A stretch of DNA of 64,000 bases from a bacterium (GTDB lineage: Bacteria > UBP6 > UBA1177 > JAKLFG01). The stretch covers positions 15,886 to 79,885 of the forward strand of contig JAKLFG010000001.1 of assembly GCA_022711315.1 (NCBI GenBank), written 5' to 3'. Position 1 is the first letter of the stretch. Every line of letters begins with the position of its first letter. Shown here piece after piece: positions 1 through 8,884 of this stretch. Both the position numbers and the translations under genes were made by a program. Under the pieces are notes generated by a model. The model was not told where the DNA came from, ran no database searches, and saw nothing but the letters and a program-made list of their open reading frames with translations.

Positions 1-888
1 CCGCACGGCTTCCGCCCGTATGTCATGGGCCATCTGACCTGGCAGGGAACGGGCGAGATGCCGGCCGAGGGGACCTGCTTCGCCTCCGAGTCGTGCGCCT
101 TCGGCATCATCGGCGCCCGCTTCGTCCGCGAACTGAAGCCGGGCGAGATACTGAAACTCGAACGCAACCGTCCCGTCACGACGGTCGCGGTGAACGGCCT
201 GCGGCCGCGTCACAGCGTATTCGAACTCATATACTTCTCGCGTCCCGACACGCTCACCTTCGGCGAGTTCGTCCACGACATGCGCAAAAAGATCGGCGCG
301 ACGCTCGCCCGCGGTGACCGCGACATCCCGCCGGGCGACGACCTCGTGGTCATGGCGGTCCCCGATTCGTCGAACTTCGTGGCGCTCGGTTATGCGGCCG
401 AGAAGAAAGCCCTATTCGACATGGGACTCATCCGCAATCACTATGTCGGCCGTACCTTCATCCGCCCCCATCAGGAGAAGCGCGACGAAGGGGTCAAGCA
501 AAAGTTCAACCCGCTCCCCGGTTTCTTCCCCGGCAAGCGGGTGATACTCGTCGACGACTCGATCGTCCGCGGCACGACGCTCCGCAAGATCGTCCGCATG
601 ATCAAGACGAACGGCGCGAAGGAGGTCCATGTCCGCATCGGCTCGCCGCGCGTCACCGGCTCGTGCTTCTACGGCATCGACACGCCGACCCGTTCGGAAC
701 TCATCGCGAACAACAAATCGATAGCGGAGACCGCCGAGTACCTGTCGGCCGACACCCTGCGCCACATCACGCTCCCCGATCTGCTGTCGCTCCTCGCGCG
801 GCCCGACGACTTCTGCAACGCCTGCTTCAGCGGCGACTACATCTATGTCCCCGACTCGTTCGTCAAGACCAACGCTCCCGGCTGTTGA
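1..888 (+). CDS. purF: Amidophosphoribosyltransferase, C-terminal part (5' end outside window)
   Basis: The frame of ORF 25..888 stays open back to position 1 (PHGFRPYVMG...). It has the PRTase loop RVILVDDSIVRGTT and a PurF-type C-terminal tail ending CNACFSGDY. Confidence 0.93.
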   Translation, partial: PHGFRPYVMGHLTWQGTGEMPAEGTCFASESCAFGIIGARFVRELKPGEILKLERNRPVTTVAVNGLRPRHSVFELIYFSRPDTLTFGEFVHDMRKKIGATLARGDRDIPPGDDLVVMAVPDSSNFVALGYAAEKKALFDMGLIRNHYVGRTFIRPHQEKRDEGVKQKFNPLPGFFPGKRVILVDDSIVRGTTLRKIVRMIKTNGAKEVHVRIGSPRVTGSCFYGIDTPTRSELIANNKSIAETAEYLSADTLRHITLPDLLSLLARPDDFCNACFSGDYIYVPDSFVKTNAPGC

Positions 889-894
889 ACCCTC

Positions 895-1674
895 ATGACC
901 TCACCGCGCGGCATCGAACGACTCAAGACCATCATGGCGACCCTGCGCGGCGAGTGCGGCTGTCCGTGGGACCGCAAACAGACCATCCCGTCGCTCAAAC
1001 CCTATGTCATCGAAGAGGCCTACGAGGTGGTCGAGGCGATGGATCAGGGACCCGATGAACTGCAGGACGAACTGGGCGATCTCCTGCTGCAGGTCGTGTT
1101 CATCGCGCAGATGGCACAGGAGCAGGGACTCTTCGATTTCGATTCGGTCGCCGAGCGGATATCCGACAAACTGGTGCGCCGCCACCCCCATGTGTTCGGC
1201 ACGACGCAGGTGAAGGACGCCGACGAGGTGGTGCAGAACTGGAACCAGATAAAAAAAGACAAAGAGGCGAAGAAATATCTCATGGACGGCATACCGACCG
1301 CGATGCCCGCAACGCTCCTCACCCAGCGCTACGCCGACCGCGCCGCGTCGGTCGGGTTCGACTGGGGCAGGTGGGAAGACACGCTCGCCAAGATAGCGGA
1401 AGAAACGGCCGAACTCAAAGAAGCGGTCGCCTCGGGCGACAGGGATAAGACCTTTCACGAGATGGGCGACCTCCTCGCGGCGGTCGTGAACCTTTCGCGC
1501 AAACTCGGCGTCAACCCCGAGGATTCCCTGCGTCACTGCGCGCTCCGGTTCCGCGCACGGTTCAACAAGATGGAAGAACTCGACCCGACCGTCACCGACG
1601 GCAAGCATTCGCTCGACGACCTTGAGGCGCTCTGGCAGAGGGCCAAGAAGGAACTGGCGAAAAAAAAATTGTAA
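895..1674 (+). CDS. mazG: Nucleoside triphosphate pyrophosphohydrolase MazG
   Basis: N-terminus LRGECGCPWDRKQT...YVIEEAYEVVEA, plus a second MazG half (EETAELKEA...EMGDLL). This is the typical tandem MazG-domain layout. Confidence 0.9.
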   Translation: MTSPRGIERLKTIMATLRGECGCPWDRKQTIPSLKPYVIEEAYEVVEAMDQGPDELQDELGDLLLQVVFIAQMAQEQGLFDFDSVAERISDKLVRRHPHVFGTTQVKDADEVVQNWNQIKKDKEAKKYLMDGIPTAMPATLLTQRYADRAASVGFDWGRWEDTLAKIAEETAELKEAVASGDRDKTFHEMGDLLAAVVNLSRKLGVNPEDSLRHCALRFRARFNKMEELDPTVTDGKHSLDDLEALWQRAKKELAKKKL

Positions 1675-1735
1675 GAAAATAGAATCTTTTTCCCGATATC
1701 TGGTATCTTATATATGCAACGAACGGGAGGGTTCC

Positions 1736-2296
1736 ATGATCAAGTACCCGATCTTACTCGCACCGCTTGCGGCTATGGCCTTGTTCATCGCGTGCGGTGA
1801 GGAGACCATTCAAGTGGAGACCGAAAGCACTCTTGACGAAGCGGTAACGGTGGATGCCGACACGGCGACGCCACTCTACACGCTGGTCGATGTCGCCTAC
1901 ACCGATCTGTCCCTCGATTGGGGAAGCGTGAACATCGACCGGAAACGCTATGAGATATTCCGCGACAAGACCGCCTTCGAGGCGTTCCTCGCGCAACTGG
2001 AAGAAAGTGCCGAGGTGCCGACGGTCGATTTTGACAAAGATATGATCATCGCCCTTTACAATGGCACTTGGTCCGAACAGCGTCCCCTCTACACTATCGA
2101 CAGCATCAAGAAAATGGTGCCGGACGACATCAAAGATATCCACTACACCGTGCTTTTCGTCGAGACGACGACGCTTTACCGCAGCGACAAACTTCCGGCC
2201 AACCAAGCCTTTTACCATCCGATCCACATCATCAAGGTCGAGAAGGCCGAGTTCGTGAATTTCAATGACCGCTTCGTGATAGAGAGGAGTTATTAA
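1736..2296 (+). CDS. Lipoprotein of unknown function, paralog A (C-terminal domain loosely PrcB-like)
   Basis: ATG at 1736 follows SD GGGAGG. Lipobox is ALFIAC. The ORF-track start at 1622 was rejected because it is upstream of the SD and signal peptide. The C-terminal ~150 aa are clearly homologous to 3577..4314. Confidence 0.75.
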   Translation: MIKYPILLAPLAAMALFIACGEETIQVETESTLDEAVTVDADTATPLYTLVDVAYTDLSLDWGSVNIDRKRYEIFRDKTAFEAFLAQLEESAEVPTVDFDKDMIIALYNGTWSEQRPLYTIDSIKKMVPDDIKDIHYTVLFVETTTLYRSDKLPANQAFYHPIHIIKVEKAEFVNFNDRFVIERSY

Positions 2297-2300
2297 TCAA

Positions 2301-3551
2301 ATGTGTCGTTTCAACGCCCTACCCCCACAGACCACGCTGATCCTTGCAATGCTGATGTTGGCGTTATCTGGTTGCAACAACGGGAAAACCTCGTCGGATA
2401 ATGAACAGGTGCCCGACGACGGCGCGACCGACAACACCGTCACCGACGAGACCACCGATGATGCTCTGCCCGACATGACAGACCAGTCGGATCAAACGAA
2501 CGACGACAGTGCGGCGGTGACCGGTGACGACATTGTGGAGACCGATGATGACCCAATGGTGGATGACGACAGTGCGGTGGTGGCCGATGACTCCCTTCTC
2601 CTTGATGAGGACGCCACCGACGACCTGCTGACCGATGATGGTTTCAGCGTCGATGAGGATGTGGTGACCATGGCCGTTCTTTGCACCGGCCAGACGAAGT
2701 GTTACGACGGCTCCGCCGAAATGATATGCCCAGCCGAAGGGAACGCTTTCTACGGACAGGATGCCCAGTATGCGGCGCTGGGGAAATGCGCGCCGAGGAA
2801 TTACACCGTCAGCGGTTCCGACGGCTCCGATATCGTTACCGACGAGATGACCGGGCTGATATGGCAACGGACGCTGACGGGAAGCACCTATCAGTGGCAG
2901 GGGGCCATAGACCATTGTGCCGACCTGACCTACGGCGGCTACGACGACTGGCGTCTGCCGACCCGCAAAGAACTGGCGACACTTCCCGACTACGGGCGTT
3001 ATGACCCGGCCATAAATACCGCCGTTTTCCCCGACACTTCGACAGGGCTATTTTGGTCCTCCTCTCCCTATGTGTCCCTTGTCTCCGAAGCATGGAGCGT
3101 GAGTTTCAGCAGTGGCATGGTGACCGATTTTTCTAAGGAGGTTGCGTCCCATGCCCGGTGTGTAAGAGGCGAAGTTTTGTCCGGCAGCGTCTTTGCCGAG
3201 GCAACCGTCGCCGGCAAAGTTATCGTGATCGATACCTTTACGGGACTCATCTGGACGAAGGAGTACAGTGCTCCGCTTACCTGGCAGAATGCCCTCAACT
3301 ACTGTGAAAGTCTGGACTACGGCGGCTCTGCTGATTGGCGGCTTCCCAACATCGAGGAGTCGAGATCGTTGATAGATGACACCCTCAAGCTCCCGGCCAG
3401 CAGTTTTCCGGGGATGCCGGTGGCCCAAACCTTCTGGTCCTCCTCGTCTAATGTGAACTTAACCGGCCATGCATGGGTCGTGAGTTCCGGCGATGGCAAT
3501 ATGAGCATCAGCCCTAAGAGCAGCACTACATATGCCCGGTGTGTGAGATGA
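2301..3551 (+). CDS. Lipoprotein with acidic D/T-rich tether and two DUF1566 (Lcl C-terminal-like) domains
   Basis: Lipobox LALSGC and a ~90-aa Asp/Thr-rich low-complexity linker. Two repeats carry the DUF1566 hallmarks: W..A...C..L.YGG.DDWRLPTRKELATL...FWSSS...ARCVRG, and ADWRLPNIEESRSL...FWSSSS...YARCVR. Confidence 0.8.
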   Translation: MCRFNALPPQTTLILAMLMLALSGCNNGKTSSDNEQVPDDGATDNTVTDETTDDALPDMTDQSDQTNDDSAAVTGDDIVETDDDPMVDDDSAVVADDSLLLDEDATDDLLTDDGFSVDEDVVTMAVLCTGQTKCYDGSAEMICPAEGNAFYGQDAQYAALGKCAPRNYTVSGSDGSDIVTDEMTGLIWQRTLTGSTYQWQGAIDHCADLTYGGYDDWRLPTRKELATLPDYGRYDPAINTAVFPDTSTGLFWSSSPYVSLVSEAWSVSFSSGMVTDFSKEVASHARCVRGEVLSGSVFAEATVAGKVIVIDTFTGLIWTKEYSAPLTWQNALNYCESLDYGGSADWRLPNIEESRSLIDDTLKLPASSFPGMPVAQTFWSSSSNVNLTGHAWVVSSGDGNMSISPKSSTTYARCVR

Positions 3552-3576
3552 GCGTGATCAATAACGGGAGGGTTCC

Positions 3577-4314
3577 ATGATCAAGTACCTGATCTTACTC
3601 GCACCGCTTGCGGTGATGGCCTTGTTCATCGCGTGCGGCGAGGAGAAGACGACGAATGACGGGGACACGGTGTTACCCGATGGCGACGTCACCGACGTTA
3701 CTTGCGAGCGGGACGGCGTCACCTATCACATCGGCGACACGATACAGATAGACCAGTGCAATCAATGCGAATGCGAGGAGAACGGCAAATTCCTATGCAC
3801 GAAGATCCTCTGTGACGACGATACCTTAACCGAAGATACGGCGCCTGTCGACGAGATCGTGTTGACTGATGCCGATGTGGTGGCGCCACTTTACACGCTG
3901 GTCGATGTCGCCTTCACCGATCTGTTGGAGGGGACGCCGGGAGGGTTGCCTTTCGAGGAAAAGCGGTACGAGGTGTTCCGTGATGAGACGGCGTTCGGGC
4001 TGTTCTTCACATCGTTGGACCTGGGGATGGATACGCCAGTGGTCGACTTCGACAAAGACATGGTCATCGCACTCTACAATGGCATGTGGCCGAGTCTGCG
4101 GCCGATCTATCAACTCGACGGTATCAAGAAGTTGGTGCCGGACGATCCCGACGACATTCATCGCAATGTGCTGTTCGTCTACACGACGACGCATTACTAC
4201 AGCGAACATCTTGATGCCGGTCAGTTGTTCTACTCTCCTCTGCAACTCATCAGAGTCGAGAAGGCTGACCTCGTGAATTTCAATGACCGCTTCGTGATAG
4301 AGCGGAGTTATTGA
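3577..4314 (+). CDS. Lipoprotein of unknown function, paralog B, with inserted VWC-like Cys-rich module
   Basis: The SD plus first ~25 codons are nearly identical in DNA to 1722..1805. Lipobox is ALFIAC. There is a 37-aa Cys module at 3703..3813. The C-terminal domain is homologous to paralog A, down to an identical ...VNFNDRFVIERSY end. Confidence 0.75.
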   Translation: MIKYLILLAPLAVMALFIACGEEKTTNDGDTVLPDGDVTDVTCERDGVTYHIGDTIQIDQCNQCECEENGKFLCTKILCDDDTLTEDTAPVDEIVLTDADVVAPLYTLVDVAFTDLLEGTPGGLPFEEKRYEVFRDETAFGLFFTSLDLGMDTPVVDFDKDMVIALYNGMWPSLRPIYQLDGIKKLVPDDPDDIHRNVLFVYTTTHYYSEHLDAGQLFYSPLQLIRVEKADLVNFNDRFVIERSY

Positions 4315-4348
4315 ATGTTGACTATTGAGAACTGCCCCTGAACAATAG

Positions 4349-5059
4349 ATGAGAAAAAAGACAATTATAATATATATTGCTTGGGCAGCCGTTTCTGCCG
4401 TTGGCGTTTTTCTATATGCGCTATTCGAAGCGGACATTCTGGGGTATGAGGTTATATATTATCAGATATTATCTCTTTTGTTCGTTGTGGTATATGTGAT
4501 TGTCTTTTTTTTGATAGATATGCTATGTCACGACTACAAAGTATTTTTCATTAATATCAAGAAGAATTCATTGGAAGACTGGTTTTATTCTGCAATGAAG
4601 CACGCCGTAATCTTGGCGCTTGTAATAGCTACCGTGTTATATGTGGCAAGGGGATGGATGTTTCTGTTCAATAACATCACGAGTTCCACGTACAAACAGA
4701 CCATATCTATTAATATTGACAAAACAAAAATTAAAACCGGAATATTCAGAAAATACAACTTTAAAAATATTAAGAAACCAATATATATGGACGGTTATTT
4801 GGGAGAATATAATATTCCATATTATCCTTATGAGGCATACCTTTTTATCGAAAAGAACGACATCGGATATTTTAACGAAAACGAACTTTGTCTAAAGGCA
4901 GAACGAGGCATGATGGGTATAATATATACAAGTAAATGGGGCAGATGGGAGTATGACGAGAATAAAAAAAAGCGCTATAAAAAAAAGACAGTGTCATACA
5001 TCTTTGATAGAGAAGATTACTTTATAACCAACGCCTCTGAAGGAGAGTGTAATCAATAA
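4349..5059 (+). CDS. Hypothetical membrane protein in AT-rich patch
   Basis: A 236-aa ORF in sequence of about one-third G+C, against ~65% in the flanks. It has three hydrophobic helices followed by a K/N/Y-rich soluble part. I recognised no family motif. Confidence 0.55.
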   Translation: MRKKTIIIYIAWAAVSAVGVFLYALFEADILGYEVIYYQILSLLFVVVYVIVFFLIDMLCHDYKVFFINIKKNSLEDWFYSAMKHAVILALVIATVLYVARGWMFLFNNITSSTYKQTISINIDKTKIKTGIFRKYNFKNIKKPIYMDGYLGEYNIPYYPYEAYLFIEKNDIGYFNENELCLKAERGMMGIIYTSKWGRWEYDENKKKRYKKKTVSYIFDREDYFITNASEGECNQ

Positions 5060-5172
5060 AGACGTAGTCCGACTCAGTTCTTCATTTGCAGATTCTTGTC
5101 TTGATCTTTTCGCTTTTTAGGTCGAACCGCCCGCCCCCGCCGCACACTATATATAATAAGGTAAAGAGTTGT

Positions 5173-5403
5173 TCAGGTCGCGGAGCGCCCGTAGGCGAGA
5201 GCAAGCCGTTCCTGCATCTGTTGAAGCCCCGAACTGGTGCGCGACTCATGAAAAAGATCGCCCAGTTCCAACAATGCATTGACCTCCGCCTCGTCGTATG
5301 GCTTGTCGCGCAACGCTTCCCGCTTTATCCGCTCCAGTTCCGGTCCCGCCTGCACCCACTGCCGGACGATCTGACGCATCTGTTCTTTGGTCATCGTGGT
5401 CAT
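5173..5403 (-). CDS. Small helical hypothetical protein, translationally coupled partner of the upstream nucleotidyltransferase-fold gene
   Basis: The ATG at 5403 overlaps the stop of 5400..5978 (ATGA). It encodes 76 aa. GC3-rich codons are consistent with coding. Confidence 0.5.
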   Translation of the reverse strand: MTTMTKEQMRQIVRQWVQAGPELERIKREALRDKPYDEAEVNALLELGDLFHESRTSSGLQQMQERLALAYGRSAT

Positions 5404-5978
5404 GAACGCCCCCTCAACAACTTCCGCGCGATGTCCATCATCTCTGAAGCACCCTTGGCGTCAAGCAGAAATTCCAGATGCCGGGTGATATAGGCGGCAT
5501 CCAATTTCTGGCGCACGGCGATCCATTCGGCGTCGCCGATATCTTTGGGGCGTCCCGCGAAGATCTTCATGATGAAGAGATCGTCGGCTGAACAGGTGCG
5601 TAGCGTTACCCCCTCGGCGAAGGTGAACGGCGCGGCCCGCGCTATCATCTCCTCTTCAAAGGGAAGGCCGCCGAGTGCGACATCGACATCCTTACCGTTC
5701 TTCGCCTTTATGAGAAGAATGCGATTGCGCAGGGCGAAGGCCGGGGCATCGGCCACGCGGCTTTCATAGTTCGCGAGGATCGCGTCGATGTATTTCTGTT
5801 CGTTGCCGAATTGGGTAAGAAGCGTCAGATCGACATCGAGCGTGGTACGCGGTTCACCCCACCGCTGCAAGGCCAACCCACCGATGACACAGTAATTCCA
5901 GCCCTTGCTGTCGAAGAACTTACAGATGTCGGCGGCGGCCGCAAATAACAGGTTCACATCATCCTCCCGAATGAGCAT
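5400..5978 (-). CDS. Minimal nucleotidyltransferase-fold protein (AbiEii/DUF6036-like class)
   Basis: The motif GGLALQRWGEPRTTLDVDL fits the G[GS]-x(9-13)-D-x-D signature of pol-beta-type NTases. A second acidic cluster is RPKDIGDAEW. Length is 192 aa. Confidence 0.65.
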   Translation of the reverse strand: MLIREDDVNLLFAAAADICKFFDSKGWNYCVIGGLALQRWGEPRTTLDVDLTLLTQFGNEQKYIDAILANYESRVADAPAFALRNRILLIKAKNGKDVDVALGGLPFEEEMIARAAPFTFAEGVTLRTCSADDLFIMKIFAGRPKDIGDAEWIAVRQKLDAAYITRHLEFLLDAKGASEMMDIARKLLRGRS

Positions 5979-6007
5979 CGCATTCTACTTTCTGTGTGCG
6001 GCGAAGT

Positions 6008-6040
6008 CAATAAGAAACCGGCCGGGATGATCCCGGCCGG
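6008..6040 (-). terminator. Rho-independent terminator after the Cys-rich peptide gene
   Basis: Perfect 10-bp stem CCGGCCGGGA / TCCCGGCCGG (6018-6027 and 6031-6040) with a 3-nt loop. On the minus strand it is followed by TTTCTTATT. Confidence 0.7.
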
Positions 6041-6068
6041 CCTTTGAGATGGACAAAGAGCGAGGGAC

Positions 6069-6254
6069 TTACTTCTTCTTGCCGCAACCGCAGGTGCATT
6101 CTTTGCCTTCCTGACAACCGCACTTGCAATCCTTGCCACACTTGCACTCCGACTTCGCGCCCTTGCCGCAACCGCAGCCGTCGCCCGCCATCAGATTCGC
6201 CGTGCCGAGCGTCATCGCCGTCAGCATCAGCGCCATCGCCAACATTTTCTTCAT
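6069..6254 (-). CDS. Exported metallothionein-like Cys-rich peptide (61-aa precursor)
   Basis: ATG at 6254 sits behind SD AAGGAG. Signal peptide is MKKMLAMALMLTAMTLGTANLMA. The 38-aa tail has 10 Cys as CxC pairs (GCGCG, CKCG, CKCGC, CTCGC). The gene is bracketed by a sigma-54 promoter and a terminator. Confidence 0.7.
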   Translation of the reverse strand: MKKMLAMALMLTAMTLGTANLMAGDGCGCGKGAKSECKCGKDCKCGCQEGKECTCGCGKKK

Positions 6255-6297
6255 CGCTTCTCTCCTTTCAAAGGTTACCAAACAGCGACCTTACTAG

Positions 6298-6313
6298 AGC
6301 ATGATGCGTGCCA
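6298..6313 (-). promoter_or_regulatory. Sigma-54 (-24/-12) promoter
   Basis: The minus strand reads TGGCACGCATCATGCT. This is GG-N10-GC spacing with one mismatch to TGGCAC-N5-TTGC. It lies ~45 nt upstream of the peptide ATG and next to a GAFTGA-type activator gene. Confidence 0.7.
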
Positions 6314-6423
6314 ACGGAAAAGCGTTTATAGTTTATAGTGATATCAGATAGTTGAGATATTATCGGCAGTTTGCTAAAAGAAAAGTGTAGACTTTTCATC
6401 ATCACTTTCGTAGAATAGTCTTC

Positions 6424-7786
<1,363 letters not shown>

Positions 7787-7803
<17 letters not shown>

Positions 7804-8884
7804 ACTGCTTTCGCTCCGGGCGTGGGGACTCATCTGGGTGCCGATACTCGCCATCACCACGGCCCATTTCCTGACCAGCGATGAACTGGTGTGGGTCCAC
7901 GACATCCTGCGACGGCTCTACTACATCCCGATAGTGCTGGGCGCTTTCGGTTGGGGTCTGCACGGGGCGCTCGCCGCATCCATCGCCTCGTCGATCGTCT
8001 ATCTGCCGCACGCGTTCCAGATGTTCGTGCACCATTTCCACCACGATCCGGGCGGTTCGACCGAGAAGATACTCGAGATACTCCTGTTCAACATCATCGC
8101 CCTCATCGCCGGAGTGCTCGTCGAACGCGAACGGCGCGAGCGGCGGCGGCAGGAGGAGATCGCACGGAAGCTATCGGAAACGCTCGACGAGATGAAACTG
8201 CTCGACGAACAGCTCATCCGCACGGGGCGTCTGCAGGCGCTCGGCGAGATGACCGCGGGGCTCGCCCACGAGATAAAAAATCCGCTTGCGTCAATCAAAG
8301 GGGCGGCCGAGATCGTGGCCGACGGTATCCCCGCCGATTCGCCGCGCCGCCGGATGGTCGATATCCAGCGCGCCGAGATAGAGCGGCTCACCGCGCTTCT
8401 CGAACGGTTCCTGAATTTCGCGCGGCCCAAGGATTTCGTCGTGGCGGCGGTCGATATCGCCGCGCTTCTCACCGACACCGTCGCCTTCATCGCGCCGCAG
8501 GCGGCGAAGAAGAATGTACGCCTTGAGACGAGATTTGAGCCGCTGACGGTCCCGGCCGACCGCGAGAAACTGACGCAACTGCTCCTCAACATCCTTCTCA
8601 ACGCGGTGGATGCCTCGCCCGAAGGATCGACGGTGACGGTCTCGACCGAGAAACGGCGCAAGGGGAAGAGCGACTACGCCTGCATCACGGTCGCCGACCG
8701 GGGAGCGGGGATCCCAGCCGGGAGCCGCGAGAAGATATTCAATCCCTTCTTCACCACCAAGCCCGACGGAACGGGTTTGGGACTCTCGATAGCGGCGCGC
8801 ATCGCCGATCAACACAAAGGGTTCATCGAAGTGGACGACGCGCCGGAAGGCGGCGCGCTCTTCAGGGTCTTTCTGCCCCTATAA
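7787..8884 (+). CDS. Membrane sensor histidine kinase
   Basis: H-box [13 protein letters not shown]. HATPase N/G boxes are LLNAVDA, DRGAGI and GTGLGLSI. The N-terminus has hydrophobic helices with a His-rich segment [13 protein letters not shown]. It overlaps the regulator gene by 17 nt. Confidence 0.9.

Noticed and set aside
6044-6304. An 86-aa plus-strand ORF opposite the Cys-rich peptide gene, and the 135-aa ORF 5086..5493.
   Set aside because: They have no SD and give Pro/Ser/Arg-rich translations. The opposite strand has a promoter, SD, signal peptide and terminator (for the peptide gene) or an ATGA-coupled gene pair.
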